The position numbers and the translations under genes are program-made. Of a stretch of DNA of 64,000 nucleotides, positions 50,379-59,951 are shown one piece after another. The stretch comes from Candidatus Marinacidobacterales bacterium (lineage in GTDB: Bacteria; Acidobacteriota; Vicinamibacteria; Marinacidobacterales; DATDRI01). Positions within the stretch are counted from its first letter, which is position 1; each line of letters begins with the position of its first letter. The stretch is from the NCBI GenBank assembly GCA_965226495.1, contig OZ245365.1:5152001-5216000 (forward strand), in the 5' to 3' direction. The notes beneath the pieces are model-generated. The model was not told the origin of the DNA. It saw nothing but the letters and a program-made list of their open reading frames with translations, and made no database searches.

Positions 50379-51736
50379 GTCTTGGCCGCCGATTTTCCCC
50401 GGCTCCAAAGTTGCTTGATGATCTCTTTCGCCCCGAGCAGATGGGCGTCGAGGGCGGCGAGGGTATTCTTCAGGATCTTGCCCTTGAGCTGTACGTTACT
50501 CTCCAGAAAAACCTGCAGCTTCTCTCTTGGGATGAGGATGTAGCTTCCGTCGGTCGCCGCCACCACGGTGACCTTGGCTTTTTGAGGGCCGACGACCGTC
50601 ATCTCCGCGAAATGCTCTCCTTTCTCGAAGCGTGCGATGCGGATGTCCTTCCCGTCCATGTTCATGCCGATATCCAGCTGTCCCTTTTGGTTGATAATAA
50701 CTCCCGGTAACGACTCGTTTTCGTTAATGATGCGCTCACCTGCTTTGTAATCGACCCTATCGGCCAGATTGAGAACCGCCCGTATCTCATCGAAGGTCAG
50801 GTCGCGAAACAAAATGTTCTCTTCGAAGAAACTCCTGTCCTCTTCCACGTGAACCAAGTGAGGTACTTCGGCATCGACGGGCGCGGGGCTCGGCGTCGCG
50901 GCAGGAGACACATTCTGTGTCGCCGCACCGCCTTCTTTCAGGGTGCGGTAGCGCTCTTGCACGTCTTTGTAGGTAAGATCCTTTTCGAGGATTTGGGTAT
51001 AGATCCCCTTCGCGGTATCTGCCTGACCGGCAGACTCATATAACTTGGCGAGGCCATAGAAGACGCCCATGTTCTCGGAATCGATGGCGGCATTCTGCGT
51101 AATCTCCTCATACTTCTGAATCGCCAACTCAGAAAAACCCATTTCGTCGAGAATCGGACCGAGAAGTGACACGGACTGAGGGTAGCTAGGATCATCGGTC
51201 GAGACCTTCTGGAGACACTCGAGAGCCGCCGTCTTGTCCCCAGCCCGGACAAACGCCTCGCCAGCAAGGAAGCGCTCTTCGGCCAACTGGTAGTTCCGAC
51301 CGGCATCCGGCCACTGATCCGCCTGCGCGAACAAAGGAGCGGCCCGGCCATAGGAACCACCTCGTTCGAACATTTCGGCACACCTTGCGACGTCGCCCAG
51401 CTGTCCGTAGATGTCGGCGGCCGAGCCGAAGTCACCACCCTTGGCGAAGTTTTCGGCAGCCTCCTTTTTCATTTCCAAGCTCTCGAACACTTGGGCCGCC
51501 TTGTAGTAGTCCTTAGCCTGCAAGAAAACGTCGGCCAGCGGCTTGGCAAGCTGCCCCCTTCCCACTAGATTCATGAGCTCGTATCCAACATCTTCCTTGC
51601 AGCGACGATACAAGTTGGCCGCCTTGTCCGGCTCGTTCCCCTTCAACGAAGCGATGACACCGTTGATGAGATCCTTCTTCGTGACAACGGCCTGTTTTTC
51701 GGGTGAAAGTCCGGGCTCCAGGGGTTGAACCGACAT
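50375..51736 (-). CDS. TPR-like repeat protein with C-terminal cyclic-nucleotide-binding domain
   Basis: AAxxF/Y helical repeats, YKDVQER; LFRDL...GERII.E...GEHFAE cNMP fold. Confidence 0.78.
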   Translation of the reverse strand: MSVQPLEPGLSPEKQAVVTKKDLINGVIASLKGNEPDKAANLYRRCKEDVGYELMNLVGRGQLAKPLADVFLQAKDYYKAAQVFESLEMKKEAAENFAKGGDFGSAADIYGQLGDVARCAEMFERGGSYGRAAPLFAQADQWPDAGRNYQLAEERFLAGEAFVRAGDKTAALECLQKVSTDDPSYPQSVSLLGPILDEMGFSELAIQKYEEITQNAAIDSENMGVFYGLAKLYESAGQADTAKGIYTQILEKDLTYKDVQERYRTLKEGGAATQNVSPAATPSPAPVDAEVPHLVHVEEDRSFFEENILFRDLTFDEIRAVLNLADRVDYKAGERIINENESLPGVIINQKGQLDIGMNMDGKDIRIARFEKGEHFAEMTVVGPQKAKVTVVAATDGSYILIPREKLQVFLESNVQLKGKILKNTLAALDAHLLGAKEIIKQLWSRGKSAAKT

Positions 51737-51821
51737 AAAACACCTCGTTAGGTTGTTGGGAAAGGTGATGCTAGTTCGAAGTAGTGGTGGGACGCAAGTG
51801 ACTCGATCGCTGACTATGCCG

Positions 51822-52223
51822 TTACCAGCGGATGAGGGATAGCCCAGGAATGCGAGGGAAACTTCTTTCGTCCCTTGTTACCACTTCCATGCCCCTCGCC
51901 ATCGCAGTGGCAGCGATGATCAGATCATGCGCTCCGATGGTCGTCCCCTTACTGGCTAGACGAGCCGATAGACGAGCGTGCGTCCTCGCAGAAACCAGGT
52001 CGAACGCGATGACTGGAATCCGGGACAAGAGCGTTTCAACGTAGGCCTCGCGGCGCGAGCGGCGGTCTTCGCGTTGAGCCCGGTGAACACCGTGAAGCAG
52101 CTCCGAGGCCGTGATAGAAGAAACGGCGAAACCTGTTTCTTCGTGCTCCTCGAGGAGTGAATCCAGGTCGACGGTGCCTCGCTCGGCCGCCACCAAGATG
52201 CTCGAGTCGATCAACGCTCCCAC
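51822..52223 (-). CDS. vapC: VapC-type PIN domain toxin
   Basis: IDSSILV, ITASEL, DLIIAATA, VVTRD. Confidence 0.9.
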   Translation of the reverse strand: MGALIDSSILVAAERGTVDLDSLLEEHEETGFAVSSITASELLHGVHRAQREDRRSRREAYVETLLSRIPVIAFDLVSARTHARLSARLASKGTTIGAHDLIIAATAMARGMEVVTRDERSFPRIPGLSLIRW

Positions 52224-52546
52224 GGTGACTCCGGCAGAAGCGGCTGCGAACGAGCAACTTTCTCAACGATGTTGAGATATTCCTCATCGATAGGAGGTAG
52301 GGACCTCAACAGCGTGATCAGGTCGGCGCCCGTGAACACTCTTGGGGCCGCGGGCCTAAGCTCACAGACAGGCTCACCGCCGCGCTCAATAATGAAGGTT
52401 TCACCGCGATACCGCACGCGATTGAGCAGCTCGGAGAAACTTCGAGAAGCCTCGGTCGCCGTCAGTCTTCGCGAAACCCGGTATTCGGCAGGGCTTTCGC
52501 GGACCAACCCGGAACCCGTCTTTTTGGCCTTCTTGCCCTTCTTCAC
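52211..52546 (-). CDS. Phd/YefM-family antitoxin
   Basis: ATEASRSFSELLNRV...GETFIIERGG; overlaps the toxin start. Confidence 0.85.
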   Translation of the reverse strand: MKKGKKAKKTGSGLVRESPAEYRVSRRLTATEASRSFSELLNRVRYRGETFIIERGGEPVCELRPAAPRVFTGADLITLLRSLPPIDEEYLNIVEKVARSQPLLPESPWER

Positions 52547-52565
52547 GAGGATCTCCTAAAATATG

Positions 52566-52602
52566 ATAATCTGATTATATGATTTTTTCAATTTATTGTC
52601 AA
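52566..52602 (-). promoter_or_regulatory. Consensus sigma70 promoter with overlapping operator palindrome for the TA operon
   Basis: TTGACA(52602-52597)-N17-TATAAT(52579-52574); ATAATC-T-GATTAT at 52566-52578. Confidence 0.88.
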
Positions 52603-52765
52603 ATGCAGGAGCTGAAACAACAGATAGAAAAGCTTTCCAATGTCGACTTGCGGCGGTCGTATTCACACGGTAAGTTAGCATCCAAGTTGGGCGCGGTCCG
52701 TGGGAGCGAGGCCGTCGTCCGGTCCCTAAACACCATACAAAGTGTACTGTTCCAAGGAGGTCCTG

Positions 52766-53923
52766 ATGACCAAGCTCAAGGTCTTGAGCGGCGTGTTTCT
52801 AGGCGCTCTCGTCCTCGCCGGTGGATTCGTTGCTGCGAAATCCCCCGCCGATTTCACGCAAGGCACGCCGGAAATTCAGTCGATGAGTGCCCTGACCTTC
52901 GCCTCGGATGGCGTTCTCTTCATCGGTGACGGCAAGGGGGGCGCGGTCTTTGCGGTCGACCTGAAAGAAAAACCTCCCGCCACAGCGGTGGAGGAGGCCC
53001 CGGCCATTCAGAATATCGAGGAGAAGATCGCTAGTCTCCTTGGTACAACTGCCGATGAGATCATGATCCATGACCTGGCGGTGAGCCCCGTCTCTCAGAA
53101 CATCTATTTGTCGGTGTCTCGCGGGCGGAGCAAGTGGGACACCCGTTGGCTGCTCCCTAACGACATCGCCGACGCCAGCATCCTCTTGAAGGTTGGCCCC
53201 GAAGGTGAGATCGGCGAGGTGACGCTAAAGGATGTCGCCTACGCGAAGGCAGCTCTCCCCAACCCCGTCGATGCGCGCAAAACACACCAGTGGAAAAAAG
53301 GCATCACCCTGCGTGCTGACACCATCACCGATATGTCCTTTTCCGAAGGTACGCTCTACGTGGCGGGTCTCTCGAACGAAGAGTTCTCATCCACGATGTG
53401 GCGAATCCCTTTTCCTTTCAGTGAGAAGACGACTGCGACAACCCTCGAGATCTTCCATGGTGCTCACGGCGAGTATGAAACACACGCACCCATTCGCGCC
53501 TTCGTACCCTACGCACTGAGTGGCAAGGAGCATCTGTTAGCGGCCTATCTCTGCACACCGCTCGTGACGTTCCCAGTGGCCAACCTGAAGGACGGACAGC
53601 ACGTCAAGGGCCGGACGGTTGCCGAGTTCGGCTCCGGCAACTACCCCATCGACATGGTCCTTTACAAGAAAGACGGGGAAGACCGGCTGTTGATCGCCAA
53701 CAGCAATCTCCCCTTCATGATCGTGAAGACGAAGGATGTCGAGAGCTACAAGGGCGAGATCACGACAGAACCCGAGGAGTACCTCGCGGGTGTTCCTTAC
53801 GAGCCCCGCTCCGGCACGGGCGTGCAGCAACTCGACACCTTCAATGCCGGCTACGTAGTAGCGTTGCAGCGGTTGCCGGGCGGGACCATGGATCTGGTCG
53901 CCCTGTCGCTAAAACGCTTCTAA
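52766..53923 (+). CDS. Exported hypothetical protein, probably beta-propeller-like
   Basis: AAGGAGG RBS, signal peptide, blade-like motifs (LFIGD, DLAVSP, LYVAG), IFHGAHG. Confidence 0.75.
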   Translation: MTKLKVLSGVFLGALVLAGGFVAAKSPADFTQGTPEIQSMSALTFASDGVLFIGDGKGGAVFAVDLKEKPPATAVEEAPAIQNIEEKIASLLGTTADEIMIHDLAVSPVSQNIYLSVSRGRSKWDTRWLLPNDIADASILLKVGPEGEIGEVTLKDVAYAKAALPNPVDARKTHQWKKGITLRADTITDMSFSEGTLYVAGLSNEEFSSTMWRIPFPFSEKTTATTLEIFHGAHGEYETHAPIRAFVPYALSGKEHLLAAYLCTPLVTFPVANLKDGQHVKGRTVAEFGSGNYPIDMVLYKKDGEDRLLIANSNLPFMIVKTKDVESYKGEITTEPEEYLAGVPYEPRSGTGVQQLDTFNAGYVVALQRLPGGTMDLVALSLKRF

Positions 53924-53933
53924 TGGCACTCGA

Positions 53934-55127
53934 GTGACCGGACTGCGAATTACCGCTTTCGCTTCCGCGATCATTGCTCTCGGCCTCTCCTCGCCGCGTT
54001 TTCAGGAGGGGCCGAGGGCGACCGTCGCCATCGTTTTCCACGACGCACCCGGGGACGCCTCGTTCGGGACGGTTGCGGTCACCGGACTTTCTGAAAAGGA
54101 ACTATCGAAGCTTGGGACGATGCAACTCGAGCGATCGAGCTGGGTAGAGCTTTTCGCGGTCCACACCAGCAACTCGAAACTTGAGCGGCTCGATCAACCG
54201 TCCGTCCTCGGAAGCTACGTCATCGAGGGCGGTGGCATTCGCTTTCGCCCGCGGTTCCCCTTTGTGGCGGGAATGACCTACCACGGCCAGTTCGATGGCG
54301 ACGCCTTCGACCGGCTCGCCGGTGTCGGAACGACAAAGACCCCGAGCGTCCTCCTCGACTTCACGATGCCAGAACCCGCGGGAAGTGCCTCGACGACGGT
54401 CGAGGCCGTCTACCCGACGGCGACCGAGCTTCCCGAAAACCTCCTCCGGCTCTACGTCTATTTCTCGGCACCCATGCGCGCCAACAGCGTCGAGAAATAC
54501 GTTCATCTCTACGACGGTTCGGGCAATGAGGTCGCACTGCCTTTCGTCGAAATCCGAAATGGTCTTTGGGATCCGAGGCAAACGCGGTTGACGCTCTTCT
54601 TTCATCCGGGTCGCATCAAGCGCGGCGTGGCGCCAAACCTAGAGATGGGGCCAGCACTTCGCCGAGGCGAGTCGTTTCGGCTCGTGATCGAACCGGAGCT
54701 CAAGGATGCCATGGGCTATCCGCTCGCGGAGGGATTCGAAAAGGAGATCACGGTGGGCCCCGCGGATCGCGAGTCACCGAACCAAGCCAACTGGCAGGTC
54801 TCGACTCCCCCTTCGGCGCACACCCCGCTGATACTCCGATTCCCGGAGCCTCTGGATTACGCGTTACTGCAGCGAATGATTACCGTCGAGCGAGTTGGAG
54901 GGGGTCGCGTCGCGGGTAACGTCGAGGTTTCGAAGCACGAGACTCACTGGCAGTTCCGGCCTGATACCCCCTGGGCTCCGGGCGAGTACGTCATCCACGT
55001 CGACCCGGCAGTGGAAGACGTCGCCGGCAATACGTTCTCCTATTTGTTCGACGAGGAAATGTCGGGCCCGAAAGCTGAATCCCCGGACGACCCAGAAAAC
55101 ATCGAGATCAAATTCAGAATTCCCTAG
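53934..55127 (+). CDS. Exported hypothetical protein with Ig-like (Big_5-like) modules
   Basis: Signal peptide; FRPRFPF, YFSAPM, FPEPLD, EDVAGN. Confidence 0.72.
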   Translation: MTGLRITAFASAIIALGLSSPRFQEGPRATVAIVFHDAPGDASFGTVAVTGLSEKELSKLGTMQLERSSWVELFAVHTSNSKLERLDQPSVLGSYVIEGGGIRFRPRFPFVAGMTYHGQFDGDAFDRLAGVGTTKTPSVLLDFTMPEPAGSASTTVEAVYPTATELPENLLRLYVYFSAPMRANSVEKYVHLYDGSGNEVALPFVEIRNGLWDPRQTRLTLFFHPGRIKRGVAPNLEMGPALRRGESFRLVIEPELKDAMGYPLAEGFEKEITVGPADRESPNQANWQVSTPPSAHTPLILRFPEPLDYALLQRMITVERVGGGRVAGNVEVSKHETHWQFRPDTPWAPGEYVIHVDPAVEDVAGNTFSYLFDEEMSGPKAESPDDPENIEIKFRIP

Positions 55128-56164
55128 GCCCCCGCTAGTTGCCCGCACGCGGCGAGGATGTCGTCCCCTCGGCTCCGCCGAAGGTTTACGGTATATCCGG
55201 CGCCTGCCAAGATCTCCATGAAACGCTCGGTAGCCTGGGGGTTCGACGCCTGGTGCGGCGACCCCGGCCACGGATTGTAGGAGATCAAATTCACCTTGGC
55301 CTTGATGCCTCGTAAAAGACGAACCAGTCTCCCGGCGTCTTCCACCGTATCGTTCTCGCCTCCCAGAAGGACGTACTCGAACGTTATCTTTCGTCGCCGC
55401 GGAAGGGGCAAGCGTCGTGCGCTGTCGAGGAGCTTCTCCAACGGATGTTTGCGATTGATGGGCATCATGCGGTCGCGGCTCTCGTTCGTCGTTGCGTGGA
55501 GACTGATCGCCAAACCCACCGGAGGACTCGTTGCGACGAATCGTTCGAGCTCTTCGGCCAGTCCCGCAGTCGAAACCGTGATCCGACGAGGAGAGACCGC
55601 GAAGCCATCGGGATCGGTCAGTACATCGAGGGAACCCAGGACCGCGTCGGCATTCAGAAGCGGTTCGCCCATTCCCATGAACACGACGTTCACCCGGGAC
55701 GTGACCGAGAGAAAAGCGTTTCGCACCGCGTTGAACTGGCCGAGAATTTCCCCCACCGTTAGATTTCGTGCAAAGGGCACGGTGCCCGAATAGCAGAAAG
55801 TACATTTCAATGGGCAACCGACCTGCGTGGATAAGCAGATGGTATGCCGGACGCTTTCTTCATGATGATCGGGAATGTAGACCGCCTCGACGTTCTTGCT
55901 TCCCTCGAGGGAGAAAAGGAACTTGACGGTACCGTCCTCGGAACGATGCTGGCTGAGCGTTACGGGAGGACGAACGATGAAGCTCTCGGCGAGTCGGTCG
56001 CGAAGGATGCGCGGCAGATCGGTCATCGCGTCGAGGCCGGTCGCCGACTTCGAGTAGATCCAGCGATAAAGTTGACGCCCCCGAAATGGCGGAAGCCCTA
56101 GCTCAACGGCGCAGGACTCTAACTCCTTCCGGGAAAGCCCAAACAAGTTTCGCTTTTCGTCCAC
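55124..56164 (-). CDS. rlmN: 23S rRNA A2503 / tRNA A37 C2-methyltransferase
   Basis: CLSTQVGCPLKCTFC, FMGMGEPL, ISLHA, FEYVLL, AACGQL; GTG start inferred. Confidence 0.95.
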   Translation of the reverse strand: MDEKRNLFGLSRKELESCAVELGLPPFRGRQLYRWIYSKSATGLDAMTDLPRILRDRLAESFIVRPPVTLSQHRSEDGTVKFLFSLEGSKNVEAVYIPDHHEESVRHTICLSTQVGCPLKCTFCYSGTVPFARNLTVGEILGQFNAVRNAFLSVTSRVNVVFMGMGEPLLNADAVLGSLDVLTDPDGFAVSPRRITVSTAGLAEELERFVATSPPVGLAISLHATTNESRDRMMPINRKHPLEKLLDSARRLPLPRRRKITFEYVLLGGENDTVEDAGRLVRLLRGIKAKVNLISYNPWPGSPHQASNPQATERFMEILAGAGYTVNLRRSRGDDILAACGQLAGA

Positions 56165-56210
56165 CGCCCTGATGGTAGCACGGCCCAGGTTCAGGAGAAG
56201 GGAGGTAACG

Positions 56211-56596
56211 TTACTCGGAGCGTAGGACGACCGCCGGGTCGACGTTCGCGGCGCGGCGGGCGGGCAGGTAGCTGGCAAGACCGGCGATCAAAACCAGCAT
56301 CATCGTCACACCGATGAAGACCGTCGGATCGCTGGGGCTCACTTCGTACAGCATGCTGCTCAGCAACTGGGTGAGAGGAATGGCACCGGCGAGCCCCGCG
56401 GCCACTCCGACGACACCTAACACCTGACTTCGCCGGCCGAGCTCGCGGTAGGACTCCCCCGTCAAAGACATCCGCAACGTGATAACCCTCTCGGTTTCAT
56501 ACCCGACGTCCACTTTCTGTATGCGAACGATGCTCTTGACCATCAGCAGCGAGCCGACCAAGAGAACGAGTGACATCGCGAACTGGGAGACGACGA
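56211..56596 (-). pseudogene. Internally deleted ADOP/MacB-like ABC permease remnant
   Basis: LVVSQFAMSLVLLVGSLL...DVGY joined directly to the C-terminal YLPARRAANVDP. Confidence 0.75.
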
Positions 56597-56716
56597 GGTC
56601 TATCGCGGTGTCCGATTTCGGGAAAGAACCCGTCCGCTATCGATTTGTCTGGGCCATCTATAAGTGGGAAGATAGGTCTAACGAACCCGTTCCCCCCGTG
56701 CGGGTGATGAGAAGAA

Positions 56717-57469
56717 ATGCAAAAAATCCTCGTCGCCCTTGTACTTGTTGGCGTGTCCCTGGTTGGGGTTGAAGTCCGTGCCAATCCACCTGCCACCCAG
56801 GAACCCGATTTTCTCTTTGGCGCACCCCGGTTTACGGCGGGTTTCCGCGCAGGTTGGAGCCTGGCTAGAGCCGAGAGCGAGCTCTTCGACTTTACTCGCG
56901 AGCTGCTGACGGTGGGAGATGGCGATTTCGATGCCCCGACGTTCGGCGCCGATTTCGCACTAGTACTGAACCAACGCCTCGATGCGGTCTTCGGATTCGA
57001 GTACAGCCGCTCTTCGACGACGTCCGAGTTCCGTGATTTTGTGGGAACCGACGATCTTCCCATCGTCCAGGAGACCAACCTCACCCAATTCCCCTTGACT
57101 GCCAGTGCCAAGTTCTATCTGATGCCGCGTGGGCAAGAGGTGAGCCGATACGCGTGGGTGACGAGCAGCGCCGCCCCCTACGTGGGCGCCGGGGTGGGGC
57201 TCCAATGGTACAAGTTCGAACAGTTTGGTGAGTTCGTCGACTTCACGGACCTCTCGATTTTCGAGGCGGAGCTCGTGTCGAGTGGTTGGGCCCCGACCGT
57301 TCACGTTTTTGGTGGGGTCGACGTGAAGGTCGGTCGCAAGATGTTCCTGATGGTCGAAGGCCGCTACACCTGGGCCGACGCGAAGCTGAAGGACGACTTC
57401 ATAGGCTTCGATTCCATCGATCTAACCGGGCTGGGGATCACGGCCGGAATATACTGGATATTCAATTAA
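56717..57469 (+). CDS. Outer-membrane beta-barrel protein
   Basis: Signal peptide, PYVGAGVG, EGRY.W, terminal YWIFN. Confidence 0.78.
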   Translation: MQKILVALVLVGVSLVGVEVRANPPATQEPDFLFGAPRFTAGFRAGWSLARAESELFDFTRELLTVGDGDFDAPTFGADFALVLNQRLDAVFGFEYSRSSTTSEFRDFVGTDDLPIVQETNLTQFPLTASAKFYLMPRGQEVSRYAWVTSSAAPYVGAGVGLQWYKFEQFGEFVDFTDLSIFEAELVSSGWAPTVHVFGGVDVKVGRKMFLMVEGRYTWADAKLKDDFIGFDSIDLTGLGITAGIYWIFN

Positions 57470-57485
57470 GCGAGGGAGACGAACC

Positions 57486-58670
57486 ATGCGCTATCGAACG
57501 CTTCTACTGATTACGGCCCTGCTCGTCGGAACGCAATCAACGGCGTTCGCACGACAGGCGAAAGACGCCGCCGATTCTCCATGGTTGCCATGGCTCGGCT
57601 GTTGGCAGTTGGTCGCGGACGTCGTGAAGCTTCCGGCGGTTCTCGAGGGCTCCGGCGAAAAGGAATATCGTATTCCGGATGAGCAGCTCGTCTGCGTCAC
57701 CCCCGGCGCGGAGGGAGAAGCGAAGCTAAGCACGTACGCCGACGGCGAACTCCTTCTCGAAGAGACGCTGTACCCCGATGGGCTTCGGCGCCCTTTCTCG
57801 GTCTCCGACTGCCGAGGTCATCAAGTTACTGAGTGGTCCACGAACCAGGTGCTCTTGTTCCTCCGTTCCGAAATGAGCTGCGAGAATGGGAGACAGCAGA
57901 GTTTCACCGGGGTGAGTTTTTTCAGGCGCTGGAATACGTGGGTCGACATACAGGCGCTTGAAGGTGGAACCGAGCGCGAGGTGGTCATACGCCGCTACCG
58001 ACCCGCTCCATCCGAAGCGATGGGCAAGCTGGGACTCGAGGAACTGCCACCAGAGACGGCGACCGCTGTTACCGCGGCGCGAGCGGCGATATCGAGACCT
58101 CTCACCATCGATGATCTCGCCGAAGCGAGCAACAAGATCGACACCGCGGCGGTCGAAGCGGCATTGATAGAGAGTGGCTCCACCTTCGACTTGAACGGCA
58201 CGACGCTCGTCCAGCTCGCCGATTCCGGCATCTCGCCCGAGACGATCGACTTAATGGTTGCCCTCGCCTATCCCGAACGCTTCGAGGTCTCCCGAGAGAC
58301 CCAAGACCGGAGCTATGGCGGCGGAAACGCTGGTCTCGGTCGTAGCTACAGCTACTGGAGCAGTTTCTTCTTCGCCCCCTTCGGTTACTACTATTGGTAT
58401 ACGCCCTATGACAGCTTCTACGTGCAGAGACCGATCGGGATCTCCGACCAAGGAATCGCCGGCGGGCGACTCGTCAAGGGTCGCGGTTACACACGGGTCG
58501 GTCGAACCGGTGGGGGTGGAGTGTTTGGGAGCTCGGGGTCCCGAGAGGGCTCTTCTTCAGCAAGCTCGAGCAGCTCTAAAGGCTCGTCAGGAGGTAGCGC
58601 GACCTCCAAGGGATACTCTTCTGGGGGTGGGTCTTCCTCCAGAACCGCCAAGCCTCGCGACCCTAATTGA
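57486..58670 (+). CDS. Exported hypothetical protein with Tyr-rich and Ser/Gly-rich tail
   Basis: Signal peptide, WLPWLGCW, four Cys, LVQLADSGISPETID, low-complexity end. Confidence 0.72.
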   Translation: MRYRTLLLITALLVGTQSTAFARQAKDAADSPWLPWLGCWQLVADVVKLPAVLEGSGEKEYRIPDEQLVCVTPGAEGEAKLSTYADGELLLEETLYPDGLRRPFSVSDCRGHQVTEWSTNQVLLFLRSEMSCENGRQQSFTGVSFFRRWNTWVDIQALEGGTEREVVIRRYRPAPSEAMGKLGLEELPPETATAVTAARAAISRPLTIDDLAEASNKIDTAAVEAALIESGSTFDLNGTTLVQLADSGISPETIDLMVALAYPERFEVSRETQDRSYGGGNAGLGRSYSYWSSFFFAPFGYYYWYTPYDSFYVQRPIGISDQGIAGGRLVKGRGYTRVGRTGGGGVFGSSGSREGSSSASSSSSKGSSGGSATSKGYSSGGGSSSRTAKPRDPN

Positions 58671-59943
58671 TATCGTCGCGGTAGACCGTGCCGCCCTTCA
58701 TGACGAGTTGAATCTCGCGAAGGGTCGAGATGTCTTTCGTGGGATCGCTCGGTACGGCAAGAATATCCGCGTACTTGCCGACTTCGAGTGACCCGATATC
58801 CTTTTCGGCTCCGAGAAGCTTCGCTGGCTCGATGGTTGCGGCTCGCAACGCCTGAGTCGGTGTCATCCCCGCCGCCACGTAGTATTCCGCTTCCCGCACG
58901 GTGGCAGTCGTTCCGTCGTTGGGCTCATAGGGGAATTGGTCCGTGCCCAACGCGATCTTGACACCCACTTCGATAGCCATTTGAAGCGACTTCCAATGAT
59001 TTTTGCCTACTGAAGCCAAGCGCGCGAGATACCAATCAGGAGAGCCAATCTTCACGTAGAAAGGTGCGGTGGCCGGTTGGCTCACGACGATCGTCGGAAC
59101 GAGCCAGGTTCCGTTCTCTCTCATCTTGACCAAGACTTCACGATCGAGATGGTATCCATGCTCGATGCAATCGACCCCCGCATCGACGGCGGTGCTGGTC
59201 GCTTGAGGTGACCCGGAGTGGGCGGTCACTTTTCGGCCGAAACGATGCGCCGCATCGATCACCGCTTCGATCTCCTGGGGCGTCATGATCGCTTCGGCGA
59301 TGTCTCCGCCTTGGCTCGCGATGCCTCCGGAGATCGCAATCTTGATCCAACTGGCTCCGTCGGTCACCCTTTCTCGAACGGCCTTGGTGAGCTCGTAAGG
59401 CCCATCATAGGTCTCGCTGCGGCCGGAGGCACGGCCGGTGATCACAACGGTGTCGCCGGCACTGAAGATGCGCGGACCTACCGCCTGGCCTTTCTTGACC
59501 GCTTTGTCGAGTGCTATCGCTGCGCCGCGGCGATCCCCGGGCGTACGTATCGTCGTCACCCCGGAAAGGAGTGATTGTCGCGCGTTGTCGGCAACCCGGA
59601 GCGCCAGTTCGGTATCGGTCTCGTTGGCCAGCTCGTTAGCCACCTTGCCAGGCAGTGCCAAACCCAAGTGTACGTGCATATTCGTGAGGCCGGGCATGAG
59701 CCACTTGCCGTCGGCACGGATGACTTCCGCCCCGGTGGGAACTCGCGTGCTCCCGGCGGGTCCAATCGCGGAGATGCGTTCGCCGTCGATCACCACGACG
59801 GCGTCTTGGATGGGGTCTCCACCGTCGAGGGTCACAACGCTCGCCCCCACGATGGCCTTGACTTGAGGATATGCTGTCTGCGGCGCCAAAAAACCGAGCG
59901 CAGCGACCGACCACAAGGTCAGGACATTCTGAAGTTTTCGCAC
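58663..59943 (-). CDS. Exported metal-dependent amidohydrolase (prolidase-like), copy 1
   Basis: PGLTNMHVH, WIK, AHS, IEHG, GTD, GSLEVGKYAD. Confidence 0.9.
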   Translation of the reverse strand: MRKLQNVLTLWSVAALGFLAPQTAYPQVKAIVGASVVTLDGGDPIQDAVVVIDGERISAIGPAGSTRVPTGAEVIRADGKWLMPGLTNMHVHLGLALPGKVANELANETDTELALRVADNARQSLLSGVTTIRTPGDRRGAAIALDKAVKKGQAVGPRIFSAGDTVVITGRASGRSETYDGPYELTKAVRERVTDGASWIKIAISGGIASQGGDIAEAIMTPQEIEAVIDAAHRFGRKVTAHSGSPQATSTAVDAGVDCIEHGYHLDREVLVKMRENGTWLVPTIVVSQPATAPFYVKIGSPDWYLARLASVGKNHWKSLQMAIEVGVKIALGTDQFPYEPNDGTTATVREAEYYVAAGMTPTQALRAATIEPAKLLGAEKDIGSLEVGKYADILAVPSDPTKDISTLREIQLVMKGGTVYRDDIN

Positions 59944-59951
59944 TCCGATGC

